The notes beneath the pieces are model-generated. The model was not told the DNA's origin, searched no databases, and saw nothing but the letters and a program-made list of their open reading frames with translations. Below are positions 11,607 to 25,395 of a DNA stretch of 64,000 nucleotides, one piece after another (the stretch's first letter is position 1; each line of letters starts with the position of its first letter). The position numbers and the translations under genes are program-made. The DNA lies in NCBI GenBank assembly GCA_964019425.1, contig OZ025802.1, positions 558,001 through 622,000 of the forward strand. The letters run 5' to 3'. This stretch comes from Flectonema sp. DT1601. Its lineage: Eukaryota.

Positions 11607-11914
11607 TATTGTTACATCTGATTAAGGAGTGAAACACAAATAGACGTACAGTCTTCATACACAAGAACTAATAATCACATTCACTGTAGTACCCGACATA
11701 CTCAGTAAATGGTATCCACGTGCTAAGACACACTTGGGTGCACAACTCAATGGCCCCGCAAACGGTTTCTTATAAAACGCTAAAAGAAAAAAAACAAAAC
11801 GGGGGAAAAAAACTGAAGAAATAAGTATGTCGTGGGTCTAGTTTGTCTGTCTGTTAGGTTCTAAGTACTCAACTCGGTAGTCTAATTGTATTTCTCAGAC
11901 AACGGGTGCTGCTC

Positions 11915-13218
11915 TCAGCTGCTGCAAAGGTTTACAGCTCCGTACGGGTCTTCGTCGTACTTGTCTCTTGTCACCCACTCAGTTTTAAAGTCACGGAGGT
12001 TAGCGAGAATCTGTTGGTTTTGTTATTTGTTTTGATATTTTTTTCAAACACACGATGAACACTTATCAATACATACTCCTGCACCAGCGAATACCGTTTC
12101 ATGTCTGCGATTGTCAGCATGAACCTTTACGAGACTGGCTCCAGTACCAGCCAGATTTAGAACTTCATTCTGAAGACGGGAAGCGATTCCCGGAAACATC
12201 GTGTTACCACCACTTAGAGTAATGTTTTCCATTAATGCTCTTCTTGCATCTATTTCTGAATCCTTAATAGATCCCCAAACCATTTGATGAATTCCTTCTT
12301 CTTCTCTATCAATCAACATCGGGTTAAAGAGAACTTCAGACGCTCTGAATCGCTCGTCACTAAGTGAAATGACTTGTCCGTCAGGTAGTTCATAGTCAGC
12401 CTGTTTTATTAATATTATAAATGACTTATTACTCATCACTAATAATAACATAAGACAAAAGGGTCACATACGTTGAATTCCTCAGGGTTTTCGCGAAACT
12501 TGCTAAGTTCTTCTGCGTAGTCTTCAGCGACGTAGCAGTGTTTTTCTTTAATTTTTTGAACGAATAGTTGATCACGTTCGGTCGAAAAGTTGTATCCTTT
12601 TTGAAACAACAATCTTTTAAGAAATAATGTAGTGTCTCTACCGGCAACGTTGCTGCGACGGACTCCCTTTCCATGGGTTATGAAACCATCGAATATAGGA
12701 ACTGCGTGTGTAACACCGTCACCAGAGTCAAGTACGAGTCCAGACACTTTACCTGCTGCGTAGAGAGAGCAAAGAGCTTGCATTTTTATTTGGGCTGCAG
12801 GGACTTCCATTGCCTCGAATAGAATTTCAAGCATCTTTTGTTTGTTTTTTGTAGGATTGCTGGGAGCTTCTGTCATCAAGACCGGATGTTCGTCAGGTTC
12901 TCTCTCCATCTGTTCGTATGCGTATTCCCAAATGCTTTGTATTTTATCCCAATCGTTGATTATTCCGTTTTCCATCGGCCACGTAATATTTAATTTTCCC
13001 TCATGTGAGAGAACCTCATCACCCATAAGGTCTCCAATATCGTCTTCTTCTTCTTCTGTTTTTCTTTTTAGTATTGATCGTTTTGCCCTTGCTGGTTTTC
13101 CGTATATGTTTGGAACTTTAGTCGGCCTCGCATCAGTTGCAGAACCAAACTTGACATAACCACTGCCGTTGTCAATGATCACGGCATCCTCGAACTCTTC
13201 GCTTGCCACTGAAGACAT
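11915..13218 (-). CDS. Actin-family protein (divergent actin/Arp1/Arp2-like), ~388 aa; exons 13218-12472, 12400-12077, 12010-11915
   Basis: Motifs IIDNGSGYVKFG, HPVLMTEAPSNP, VLDSGDGVTHAVPI, YELPDGQVI, LSGGNTMFPG. Introns 12401-12471 and 12011-12076. The last exon gives ILANLRDFKTEWVTRDKYDED...CSS*. Confidence 0.9.
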
Positions 13219-13294
13219 GTTTTGTATTGCAACAGACCTGAGAAAGGAGATAATAAAAGTGGTTCATAATTTTCATTTCACTGACTTCACTAAT

Positions 13295-14293
13295 TTAAGT
13301 CAACAGTACCTCAAGAAATAACAGAATAGGTGAACAACCACTGCCGTTTACAACATTAACATCGGCATCATTCTCAATAAGTAAAGAAACCAATTCTTTA
13401 TTCCGTAAGAGACGGAGACTGATGTGCAGAGCTGTCTCTCCAGTATTAGATTTTAAATTAGGATCAGCACCGTTTTGGAGTAGGTAAGAAGCTAAGTGAC
13501 AACTCGGTTTATAAATTATTACTTTCTGAAGGGGAGTGATGTTTGCACTGTCAGAATGGTTAACGTCGGCACCATTCAATATAAATAATTTTAAGATATC
13601 ATATTGTTCAGCACCCCAAACAATCCTATTTCCTAATGGGGTGTCTTTACAGACGTAGTCACAGGCATTTACGTCAGCTCCGTATTCCAGAAGAAGTTTT
13701 GCGATCGCGTAGTCGGAAGCGACATGTAGTGGAGTCAAACCAAGATGGTTACATTGCCGTACATTCGCTCCAAGTTTTATCAATATGTCGGAAACGTCAA
13801 AGTAAAGTTGCATCAGTGAGTGCATCAGAGGTGTGTTTCCATCATTTGTCTCCGCATTAATATCAGCTCCATAATTGAGTAATAATGTTATAGTAGACTC
13901 ATCTCTAGCTGAATGGAGTGGAGTAAAGGACATTTCATCTGCGATATTCGCAGGTACTCCCGCATCTAAAAAAACCTGAACACGAGAACCAGCCACAGCC
14001 ACTTCTCTAATCAGCTGTTCAGTCGTTGCAGGTACTTCACCCAACATCTGAAGCGATAAAAGTTTATTTGATGCACATAGCTCTATTTCACTTCCATCGT
14101 GGATGCCTGTGCTGCAGATTTTTGTTGTTTCGGAGAGGATCTCTCCTTCGAAACTGAAATCGAACATGTCGTTTTGAACTTTTTCTGTCTCAGCATATTG
14201 CTCTTTCAATTCATTTATAGTAGTTGTGTGATTGTTAATGGATAACACCGTGGTAGATCCATCCATATGGATTGCCGTTATAGAAAATGTCAT
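13295..14293 (-). CDS. Ubiquitin-like domain + ankyrin-repeat protein, 332 aa
   Basis: N-terminal Ubl (TTINELK...FEGEILSE...GIHDGSEIEL) followed by ~6 ankyrin repeats (TPLH...GADIN, GNTPL, GLTPLH, GETALH). Confidence 0.88.
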   Translation of the reverse strand: MTFSITAIHMDGSTTVLSINNHTTTINELKEQYAETEKVQNDMFDFSFEGEILSETTKICSTGIHDGSEIELCASNKLLSLQMLGEVPATTEQLIREVAVAGSRVQVFLDAGVPANIADEMSFTPLHSARDESTITLLLNYGADINAETNDGNTPLMHSLMQLYFDVSDILIKLGANVRQCNHLGLTPLHVASDYAIAKLLLEYGADVNACDYVCKDTPLGNRIVWGAEQYDILKLFILNGADVNHSDSANITPLQKVIIYKPSCHLASYLLQNGADPNLKSNTGETALHISLRLLRNKELVSLLIENDADVNVVNGSGCSPILLFLEVLLT

Positions 14294-15776
14294 CGATGAG
14301 GAGTTATTTAGGTCACTAATTAATTGAATATATTTTCCTGTCTTAAACTGAAAAAAAGAAAAAAATCGTTTTCATTTTGAAAATAACAACACAATCTCGA
14401 AGAACCAGTAGGTTACAGAAAGCCTTATTGTTTTATTTGTTTATTTTTTGTTTTTTTTCCTTTCCTTTCTTTTTTTTTTTTTTTTTTTCCTGTTTTTTTT
14501 TTTTTTTTATAGATAATATCATATGATTGCTCAATAAGTCTCGAGAGAAAAATAGATTTCTGGAAAAAAAAAAAAAGAAAAAAAAGGTACGTAGAGACAA
14601 CAATTCTCGTAATATATGTACAAGTAAAATCCTATGACCAGTACTTTGACTGCCGTATGTGTGTGTGTTTTGTGTGCCAACAAAAAAAAAAAGGGGAGAA
14701 AAAGGGTTCTTTTTTTTTTTTTTTTTTTTTTTTCAACTTTTTTCTTTACATTATTTTTTATTCAGCCAGCCAGGTTTGACATAAAAAATATGGCGGCAAA
14801 ATACTTGCCCCCCACTGACTAGTATAATAATGCAAAAGCATTTCCAAACTTGGTAAGGGTGCGGGACAAAAAAAAAAAAAAAAAAAAAGAAGAAAAAGAA
14901 GAAAAAAAAGTATACTTTTGGCACAAACAGACGGTACAAAGAAAAGGGAAAAACGCAATATTTTTTTTTTTTTTTTTCTAAAAAAAAGAAAAAAAGCTTT
15001 TCCGAGGTTTGTTTGTTTTTTTTTCTGAGCAAGATTGATTCATCAACGAGACATGCGTTAACGTAGAATACAAGGTGTAAACGGTCAAAAAAAAGAAATA
15101 TATTTTTAAAAAAATCAGATGGAAGAAAGGACAACTGCGAAAAAAGAAGAAATGAGCACTACAACCCTATCTCTCAACAGCAATTTTCCTCTCTCGCAGT
15201 TATCGAACTTATGACCCGATCCGAGAGTGTAACAATTAAGATTGAAAAAATAATAATAATAATAAATTATAATAATAAAAAAAAGAATAAAAAATAAAAA
15301 AAGACACGAATCCTTCTCTTTTTTTTTTTTTTTTTTTTAAAGTAGTCATCGGGTTTGAACGTCCAAGAGTTTCCCTGCAACCCGTGATGTTCTTTGATGA
15401 ATTAAGCATTAACAATTAATGTGTTGACTACAATTCAAAAAAGAAAAAAAAAAAAAAAGGGGAAAGGAGAGGAGGTGGAAAAAAAATTTATGACACATAA
15501 AAAAAAATGAGGATTTTTCTTCAAGTTTTGCAAAAATAATAGTACACAAATAATAGAAGGGATGGTGTGTGATGTTTGCTGGTCTCAGCAGAAGCTGGTA
15601 TACATTGATTTTTTTTTTTCTTTTTTTTTTTCTACAATTCGTTTTTTTTTCTCTCCTCCCCCCCCCTATTCTAAAAAAACACTGTTTCACAGTTCAAAAC
15701 ATAGCTAGTCTACAGCCAAAGCCGGAGGTAATATTTTCCTCGGTAAGAACGAGCAGCACCATAACAGCTGATGACT

Positions 15777-18700
15777 TTAGAAATCATCCTCTGACGGTAC
15801 TGATTGAGTTTCTATTTCGGAGACTGATTCTTCATTTTCAGTTGATAAAGCAACGTGATGAGCGTGAAAGTCATCATCAGAATCACCTCTCTGTGCGTAT
15901 GAAGTATCACTGCCGGTATCTATCTCTGACTCTTCCCATTCAAAAAGAACTGTTTCTGCTTTACCGCTAAGTGTTCCAGACATTTGAGTAATGTCTTTTC
16001 CAATTAAGCTGCTTGTCTTTGTTGTGTTTCCCCAATCCCCGTTTATAGGAGTTCCTAGATTAAGTCCTATCCTGTTATGACTTTTATTCAAATACCGAGA
16101 TGATACTTGTTTCTCGAACCCAATACCTCCACCACAAGCAGGAGCGCTTCCTGCTGTCATTGGTGTCGCTCGGTTGCGTACAATCTCCCAGTCAATTTCA
16201 TAGTAGGGAACCTGTTTTGAGTTTATTTTGATTTTCAAGTAAGTAATAAATTGATGTTAGCAGGGTACATACCTCGTTTAATTTCAGCCTCCATTTCTGT
16301 TTCTCACCCTTGACGACAGCTTCTGCTGGAGGTTCATCAGAACGAGGAAGAATAGATAAGATGTGACCTTCTGTACCACAACTTTGTCCTTTTGATTCAC
16401 AAGAACCACAGATAGACCAGTGAAGACAATTGAGACAGGTAAATGCTTCTTCAGAGTCGGGGATAGGATGCTTCCCACATATATCACACTTTGTGTATTT
16501 GTGGTAGATAACTCCTCCGTGTTCAGCACGTACTCGTCGCATTCTGTCAGCTAGTTTTGCCTTGTCACACTCACCAAAGTGAGGAATAGCTCGAAGGCAG
16601 TCATAACAAAACTCAAACTTGCAGACCTTACAAGTCATGTGTGGACATCCTTCAGTTCTGGACACCTGAGCTCCACATCTCGGACACGGACGACATAATT
16701 CTGCGATTGCTTTCCGCGATTCTTCTTCTTGTTCGAGTTTCTGTTTCTTTTCTGCACCTGCTCTAATCTTAGCGGCTTCTTGAACTTCTTCACATTGTGA
16801 GAAGAAGTGACCCAATTGCTGACAGATTGGACAGAACAACTTATCACACTCAAAGCAGTGGAGGTTCTCAACAGTTCCAACAACATTACCAGAGACTGCC
16901 CATCCAGTACAATTCTCTAAGGGACATGCAACTACCTTGTCATGACGTAATAAAGCTTCTCTAAGTAGATTATCGTAATACATTGATGGCTTTTGAAGAC
17001 CATCAGCTATAGCAAGTTGTGAGTACTCAGATACCCTAAGAACATAAGAACAACCATGTTCCATACATGGGATTGGTTCTTTAGAAAAGTCTCTAGACTG
17101 AAGGTATTGAACACCACAATCAATGTGAAGTGAGTGACCACATGCAAGTGTTAAGTTACAATCTTCTTCAGATTCTATTTCCATCAGGCAAACAGGACAA
17201 AGTGGTGTTGGTTTCTTTGAGAAGGTTGCTGGAGCAGTCTCAACCCATTCGACGGTCATCTTTCCGTTTAACTGAAGAATCAAGTCCAGTCTGTCCATGG
17301 CTTGTTGTATATTTTCGCGCTTACCGCGTACAAGGATGGCAATTCCGGAATCTGACGGTTCAATTTCTTGTAGTCCGCATTCAAATTGTAGTCCTCTCGC
17401 AATGATTCCCGCTCCCGCAAATAGTTTATCAACACCTACGTCACCAATTTCTATTGTTGCTTCAGTTGGAAGGCTTGACGGAGGCCAGTTCTTTTGTAAG
17501 GTTTCTACAGAAGAAACAGCCTTCCTAACAGAGTGTGGCCTTCCAACGACAACGAGATTCTCTTCTTGTAATTCCAATAAACATCCTGTGGTATCCATTA
17601 AGTGTAATAGCAAGTCCCATCCAAAAAGTCTTCTGTGTTGTCGTTGCTCACCAAGACGTCTCACATGCATTAACACTTCTGAGACTGTGTCATCAAGTAG
17701 TCGTCTGTGTTTACGTAGAGATTGATTCATTCTTTCTATTCTTTCAGTGTGCTCAGTCATAATATCTCTTATCTTACCTGCTGGGAATCTACCTGCCCAA
17801 GGTTGTTGTCTAGGTGATAGTTCAGGTGATATCTTAGTTGATAATCTGTTCTCAACAGTACATAATAAACACAAGAAGTGATCACATGTTCTGCAACCCC
17901 AGAAAGCCATCTCACTCACTCCAGGAGCTTGGCAGTAGCTGCAGACGAATCTGCGAGGATTGTCTATTCTAGTCATGGAGTGAGCTGCTGGGCATTGGGG
18001 TTGTGGGAGATCCTTTCTACAGATAGTCCAAAAGAACATTGAAGGAGCTGTCGCATGAGCGTACGATAAACCAATTGATTTGGGATCTAATGCTACAGAC
18101 CTATTACTAAAGACATCAGTCTCACCTTGAGTTCCCATTACTTTAACTTGTTGTTGAGCGTGATTGATTCCAGTAACACGACCTTCACTACCCTCTAAAA
18201 TACTACTTCTATGAGATGGTCCTGTGTAGGTAACAACATCCCCAACTTTTAAAGCTCGTTGAATACCAAGAGGAGGCTGGTTTTGGAATACTAACAACGC
18301 ACCAGAACCTAATCCACATTGAGCAAGTGTTTGTGACATATCTGTCAGCATCCTCAGTGACTCTGGAGATTCTTCGACGTATACCTGGAGATCTGTTTCT
18401 TCAGCTTCTTCTCTTTCAACATTAACAACCTTACACATATCTATAACACAAGTGTTGTTGAAGTCAATTACTTGGAAACCAAGTCGATCAACTGCTACAT
18501 CGTCGGGTTTAAAGAACTTTAAAAATAGAATTCCCTGAGGACTTCCTTCTCTGGTTACGTTCTGTCGGCGAATGAAACCTTCTTCGCTCCCATACAGGAT
18601 GCGGACCCAGTCTCCATCTTCTTCAAGAACTTCTACTTCAACACCATTTGGAATGTCTCTCGTAGAACTTGCTTCTTTTGTAGGTCTAAAAGGAACACCT

Positions 18701-21700
18701 GGGAATCCATCAACTTGTTGAACTTTCCATATTAAAGTTTCTGAAGTAGAAGGAGCATCTTGATCTTCAGGAAGCAGCTCTACAAGAACTTGTATCTCAC
18801 CCACTGTGACTGGTGGTGGTTGACAGGCGCTAAACAGAGAAGTATCACTTCGCTTTAACCAAACTGCTGGTCGAAAAGTTCCATTTTGCCGAAGTACGAA
18901 GTACCAGAGGCGTTGCCTTTCGGCGGAGACGCCAAGTAGCTTTTCCACTGCCCGGTAGCAGTCGTTTATTGTACAGTCATGAGATAGTCGGATTCGAGAC
19001 TGTCTCGGTATTGAACGTCTGCTGCAGACATCAAATGGAGTGTTACCCTGACCGTATAGTTGGTCTTCAGTACAAATACAAACACATAATTGACCAGGTA
19101 CATGTGGTTCTGGTTTTTCAGAAAGGTTGTATTCAGTTTCCCACTGATCGAGAAGCTTCATTGTTTCAGTAAGTTCCGTAGAGTCGGAATCAATTAATTG
19201 TTTTACTTCCGCAACTTGTGCAGCAGCTCTCTCTTTTACACCAAATAGATCTCTTAACCATCCTTGAAACTTTTCTGCTGCTTCCATTTCTTTTACTCCA
19301 ATTCTTGCTTCGTGAACGATACCTTTCTGTCTGTGTTCTTCCTCTGCCCAGTTGTACTTACAAACAGCACATTTTCTTAATATGTCGAGTGAGTGCGATG
19401 CGTGTGCAGCAGTTCTTCCTCTCAGAACGGTGACGGGATCAAATTCATGAGTTTCTAACATTTTCGGTAAGACAACAGGCTCTAGTAGTTTTAAGTCTTG
19501 AAATAAAGGTCCAGTTCGATGCCTTGCTAACCTACCTGATTTATCCCATTCTACTACTACCCAACCGTCTTCATCATGACCTCCAAGAACACGTCCGCTT
19601 GAACCTGCTCCTCCATCTTGTTCTCCCCATTGCCATGTAGGACCTCTTATAACCTGATTGTGTTATTGATATTAAGACACTTGCTAAAAAGTTTTTTATA
19701 GTTAAGAAAAGATCATAATAACAAACCCTATCAGATCTAGTGAAGTCATCTGTGCACAGTGCGGCGCTAACGATTCCACATGCTGCTAACTGATTACGGA
19801 GGGAGTTCGATAAGCGTTCATACCTGTAGTGTGTTGTGTTGAGTATCTAAAAGTAAAAACTAAGTTGATAATAAATAACTACATACTCCCTACTCAATTC
19901 TTGTGTCATAGAAACGACACGTTGCTCGTCTTGACGGCGTTCGGCTTCCGCCTCATCGTGGCGGCGTTGTGTTTCTTGGATAGGAGCAATTTCCTTTCGG
20001 TCAAGCAGCTCTTTCATTGCAGGCGTTAAGGGAACTTTGATACGAACTTCCATGGCATTTGCTACAACTTGCTCGAGAACTACTTCTCTCCTCTGACGTT
20101 GTTGTTCTCTCCAATGTTTCATTAGTAAAGTTGCAATTGCTCTTCTAGTTTGTCGAATAGCTGATGCTGTTCCTGTTAGACGAACAATAGCACCTCCGAA
20201 TCCAACATTCATGTGAGTATGTGCATGTTTTTGGATATCAGCTCTGTGTCTTTCAACAACAGCATGATTCTCACTCGGAACTCGGATGGCAACTTCTTGC
20301 AAATCATGAAGTCTACTTAAGAAACCTTTAGCCTTTTGTCGACCCGTCATTGGACCGACTACAGCAACAGTCGTACTCTTTGGAGCTACAACTTCCATTG
20401 AGATGTCTGCAGTCATCTTTTCGCCTACTAACTCGTGAAGTTGCTTACCAATCTGTAAGAGGCCATCCTCTGCTGGTATTTCTTCAAAGCCACCATTTCT
20501 CTTCCATCCATGTTTTGATAATATAGTTCCAACAGAATCACCACCAGTTGCTTCAACAGTTGATCTGCATAGTTTATTTAAGTCAGGTAGTGTGAGGGGA
20601 TTATCTAATGTCCTGAGAGGTTCTGGTTCTACGATCTCAACCTCGTCAGGTATTTGACACTCAACGTCAGTACCAGCTACTAGTCCTTTTATCTTTGATA
20701 GTATTTCAAGGATATCATTCTGTTCAAGGATTGCGGTAGTGCTATCATCACTGTGAGTGAATACCAATGAGAAAGTATCAATGTGGTATAGTAGTCCACT
20801 TATCTCTGTAGAACCAAGTTTTATTATATTTCCTTCTTTTGTGAGAGTCGCAGATTTTGGGATGTGAACAATACTCGTTCCAGTGACAGGTGTTGGTACA
20901 GTCTTCAGTTGTGGTGTTCCAACTCTCAGAGTTGGGTAAGTTGCGCTGACTCGAGCGTCATGCGCATTTGCAGGTGACCATTTACCTGTTAGAGCTCTTG
21001 ATGACTGAAGCCAACCATCATGTCTGACGTTGTTATTTAGTTTCCACCAGCTACCTCTGAAGTAGAGTGTGTGATCACCTTTTCTGAATATCACTCGACA
21101 GTCTTCTTCAGCAGGTGATCTTCGATAAACACCATTCATAGCATCTGATTCATCAGTAAGACCTGATACGATTACTGCTGGAAGTTTACCACCGACAGTT
21201 AGTTCAAATTCTTGTGGGATATTACACTTAATACCTGCCTTCTTAGAAAGTTGACGAAGACTTGCAACAGCTTCAGGGAGTCCTCTATTACATAAAGTGA
21301 TTACAGTCGATTGAGTATTTAGTTCTCTTAAATAAGTATTCTGAGTAAACCCTTCAACTCCATTATATGAGATGTTTGCCCATTCTGGACCATCTTTAAT
21401 AACAACGACTTCAGAGTTGCAGGGTACTTCTGTAATGTCATTTATTGGTCCGTCAACTTCTGAATAAACAGGAATTGGTTTACCCAAATGTTGTAAGCGT
21501 GCTCTACGTGGGGTGTCTAGGACTGCCTTTACCTCAACAGGCATCACATTTATTTTAGCTTCTCTGCCTAGAAATTTTATACAAACACGTCTGGGATCTC
21601 CTGATGTTGATGGACCTATAACAGTACCGTGACCTCCTTGTTGAACAGCAACAGCAACAGCTACGTAAATATCTTTTGCCGCATGGACTATTTGTCCAGC

Positions 21701-23947
21701 GTGGAATCCATGAACTACACCATCAAGAGTGACGTGTTTTTCCATATCAGGATCACTGAATGTTATTATTGGTCGAGTTCCATCTTCTCCAACAGTAAAG
21801 CTCACATCTTTAACGTGACGTGTTTTACAATCAGCTGGTGTGACTAAGAGTGAGTCACCATTAAGTTCACAAAGTACTTCTTGATCAAGTACTGTTAATA
21901 ATGTTACGTGGTCTGAATCTGCTACTTGAGAGAGTACAATTGAATTTTTCTTTACTTCTCGAAGACTATCATGAAGACAAGGATCACACAGATCATAATC
22001 ACAGTCATCACATCTCCATCTCTGTCCCTGTTGAGGTTCAGCTCTACACTTACACCTATCACATGCCCAAGTCATTATAGACATCGTTCTGTCATGAAGG
22101 ATATGTTTTGGATGTAGTGGAGTAGTTCTTCGTTCTATTTGTCTGCATGCTCCATTAACAGCTTGTTGACCACAACAACCCCAGTGAGGAGCTTGAAAAG
22201 CACCACCTGGATGCTGACATATTGGACCTTCTCGTCTACTTGGAGTAGAGCAGTAGAATTGATGAACCGTTACTTTAGCTTCTCTCCAAATACCAAGATG
22301 AGAACCATCATTTTCTTGGATCGCATTTAAGAGTGCAGATAACTCCTCAGATATTAACGGTCTCGGTAATACGCCATCAGTTGCCCAACCTCCAACTACA
22401 ACGGATACGATATCCCTGGCGAACTTTTCAGTGTCTATTTTCTCTTCGAATGTCTTACCGTTCCACATGTACTGTGGGTCGGTTAGTACTTCGCGGATCA
22501 TTTCGGCACCCTCCATGGTGAGGGCTTCTTTAACAACTCGAAGTAACATATCCCAAGTAAGGCCTGGTATTCTTTCAATCCCAACACATACAACAAGTAG
22601 GCGACCAATCGGAGCAAAGCAAGGCATCAAAACCAGATCAAACGTATCATCAAAACCCCATCGGTGAGTCGCAACTGCGTTGCTATTCATCCAAAAGACT
22701 TGAGCTCGTCCGCCATCGCAGCCAAGTACGATTCCCGGAGCGACTCTTTTTCCTTCCAAGCCGTCGGCATTTCCTCCGACCCAACAGCGAGGATTGCGTA
22801 TTACTAATGCGCCAGCATCCATTTTAGCCTCTCCTTTAGGAGCAGAGACGACTACACAACCAGTCTTTGAGCGAGCTAATTTAGCAACTCTGGTGACAAC
22901 GTCTTCAGAGACAGCTGCACACTTATCGATATTAAGAGTTAACTCTCCTTCTAAACATCGTGCTACTTGTCCAACAGCACGGGGATCGCAAACACACAGC
23001 TGGTAGCCAAGAACCTCATCTTCATCCATTAGCGCTCGCCAGTGAACTTCACCTTTTGATGACGGGACGACCTGGTCTAGTGCTTTCTTTACAGGATCGA
23101 GAAATACTCCAAGACCTGATATTCTAATACATGTTGTGATTAAAGAGATACATCGCTGAGCTAGTTTTATCTGTTTCCTGTCACCTTTAACAACAGCAGC
23201 ACCACTACAGGCTACATTAGATTCTATAACTAAAGGAGGAGGGAGGATTTCTACCCAACGGATATCCCACCAACCAGATCCGAATCCGGTAAACTCAACT
23301 CTGGCAGTTAAGTCGCGGCGAGTAACAGCGCGGACGGTTCCAATCTTGCCGCAGAGTCGCTTTTGATCGAATTCGCTGTCGTCTTTCCAGCCTGCTCGTG
23401 ATTGTCTCATTTCTTTATCGTATCTCCGAATTCTGACTGGTTGGCCAATTGAAAGACCGGCGAATATTTCTTTTTCATCTTCTTCACCTGCGCCAACCCG
23501 TCTGCCAGATGCCCGAAGTTGGGTAACATCCGCAGGAATGATATCACCAGAACGGCTCTCGAGGGGTATTAATTCTTTGTCTTCTTTCTTTGATATATTC
23601 TCAAGGTCAATGGAGCATCCGCAACTACTTGACACCCAATCCACAACATCAGGGAATAGCGGCCAATCACTAGTAATATTTATGTTTTCCGTTACCTCAG
23701 AATCGTCTTCATTTTCACTGTCGCTGGCTGCTTCCAACGCTGATGAATCAACGTCCTTATCAAACCAAGCCATCAGAGCGTCATCCTTGTTCCCTCTGTA
23801 CTTGCGTAATAGTTTCCTTGATGCTTTCACACTCATTCCTGTTATCATTGCTATTTCGTCAACATCTTCTCTCTTTAGACTGTCAGTCGTATTTACCCCT
23901 CGTAACGCTTCAAACAGTGCGGCTAACTGCGACTCCATCGCCGCCAT
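15777..23947 (-). CDS. Giant multidomain RBR (RING1-IBR-RING2) E3 ubiquitin ligase, ~2657 aa; exons 23947-19887, 19823-19727, 19653-16273, 16211-15777
   Basis: Introns 19824-19886, 19654-19726 and 16212-16272 join three ORFs in frame. RING1 CPVC...CGHSLHIDC; IBR CPLENC...CFECDKLFCPIC...H; RING2 CPRC...GCPHMTCKVCKFEFCYDC. Also MIB/HERC2 (VIRGPTWQWGEQDGG), ZZ-type fingers and SH3-like motifs. Confidence 0.85.
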
Positions 23948-24162
23948 TACTGTGCTGGTTGAATAAAAGTTAACATTAACAATACAGTAGGTGATACGTA
24001 ACAAGATACATAAACTTAACTAATCATGTATGTTATTTTATATCTGAAATATAAAGAAGGTGAGTTGTATGTGCCTATCATCAATTCAACTCTTACTTCA
24101 TGAGGTCTATTAAAAGTCAAGAATACAGTAACTTCACAATAACGAAATAGAATGATAGTATG

Positions 24163-25395
24163 CTACCTACAGGTGTGTGATATCCTTCCCTCTAATGGAG
24201 GTCTGGGTACAACAATTGAAGGAGAAGGTGTTCTGGTTGTTGTGTTATCAGAATTCGGATCTGATGACAGAGTAGTAGTCGTACGAGAACTCCCCGACGA
24301 TGAAGAATTACTTTCATCACCAGCTTGAGGTGGAATTGCCTCCTTAGACAATCGTGACGAAGACGACCTGATTGTCGAACTGTTTGGTATTTCAGTCAAC
24401 TCCATAATAGGAACTCGATCTTTCCAAACTAATTCACTATTTCCTAAAGTCTTTGTAGTCTTACAAGGTATCCATATTTGAGATGGATGAACCGGTTCTG
24501 GCTCCATATAAAAATAATTATTCTTTAATATATCCAAAGCAGACAACCTACTCACTCCATAATATAAAAGCATTCCTTGTAGAACTTCTGTTGCACCTTC
24601 TGAAGCGTTAGGAAGTGACTTTGTCAACGGAATTCCTTCACTGGTTGGTAGTTGTACTTTTGACCAATCTGGTAGTAAGGTACGGTCAGGCCAATTGCTG
24701 TCAGTCGGAGTACCCAAATGTTTAATTATTGTGATAATTTGATCAATCTCTGTTGTTCCAGGAAAGAGTGGTGTACTGCTAATCATCTCTGCTAATACAC
24801 AACCACAACTCCAAATATCTATTGATGGTCCGTATGACCTACATCCCATCAACAATTCAGGGGCCCTATACCATTTTGTACCAACCTCATGAGTCATGTC
24901 TCTAGATATGTCTGCTCCATTTTTGTAGCTGCGAGCTAGTCCGAAGTCACCTATTTTTAAAATACCTGTTTGCGACATTAGTAAATTAGATGGTTTTATA
25001 TCTCTGTGGATGAGACCACTGGTGTGAATGTGTGCCACTCCTCTCACCAACATCAGCAGTAGAGTTTTTATTGATGCAGGAACAAGAGGGTATCTACCAG
25101 GTAAGTTTTTTATAATAGCTCCTAAATCAGTCATCAACATGTCAGTTACAATACAAACATTACCTCCATGAGGGAATACTTCATAGAGTCTCACAACATT
25201 ATCATGAGACTGTAGTCTTTGCAATGCTTTTGTTTCTCGATAAGCTGCACACGGTAGCCCTTTATATGATGGTAATTGTTTACTATTTTGAATCACTTTT
25301 ATCGCTACTACTTTTGCAGATTTTTTAAAAACTGCTCGATAGACGTCTCCGTAGCAACCCTGACCAACGCATTCACCTAGTTGGTATCTATTCAT
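24163..25395 (-). CDS. CDK20: Cyclin-dependent kinase, CDK20/CCRK-like, ~410 aa
   Basis: Start reassigned to MNRYQLGECVGQG at 25395 because the upstream part of the ORF is poly-A junk. Motifs VAIK, RETKALQ, VFPHG, HRDIKPSNLL, DFGLAR, THEVGTKWYRAPELL. Confidence 0.8.
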   Translation of the reverse strand: MNRYQLGECVGQGCYGDVYRAVFKKSAKVVAIKVIQNSKQLPSYKGLPCAAYRETKALQRLQSHDNVVRLYEVFPHGGNVCIVTDMLMTDLGAIIKNLPGRYPLVPASIKTLLLMLVRGVAHIHTSGLIHRDIKPSNLLMSQTGILKIGDFGLARSYKNGADISRDMTHEVGTKWYRAPELLMGCRSYGPSIDIWSCGCVLAEMISSTPLFPGTTEIDQIITIIKHLGTPTDSNWPDRTLLPDWSKVQLPTSEGIPLTKSLPNASEGATEVLQGMLLYYGVSRLSALDILKNNYFYMEPEPVHPSQIWIPCKTTKTLGNSELVWKDRVPIMELTEIPNSSTIRSSSSRLSKEAIPPQAGDESNSSSSGSSRTTTTLSSDPNSDNTTTRTPSPSIVVPRPPLEGRISHTCR

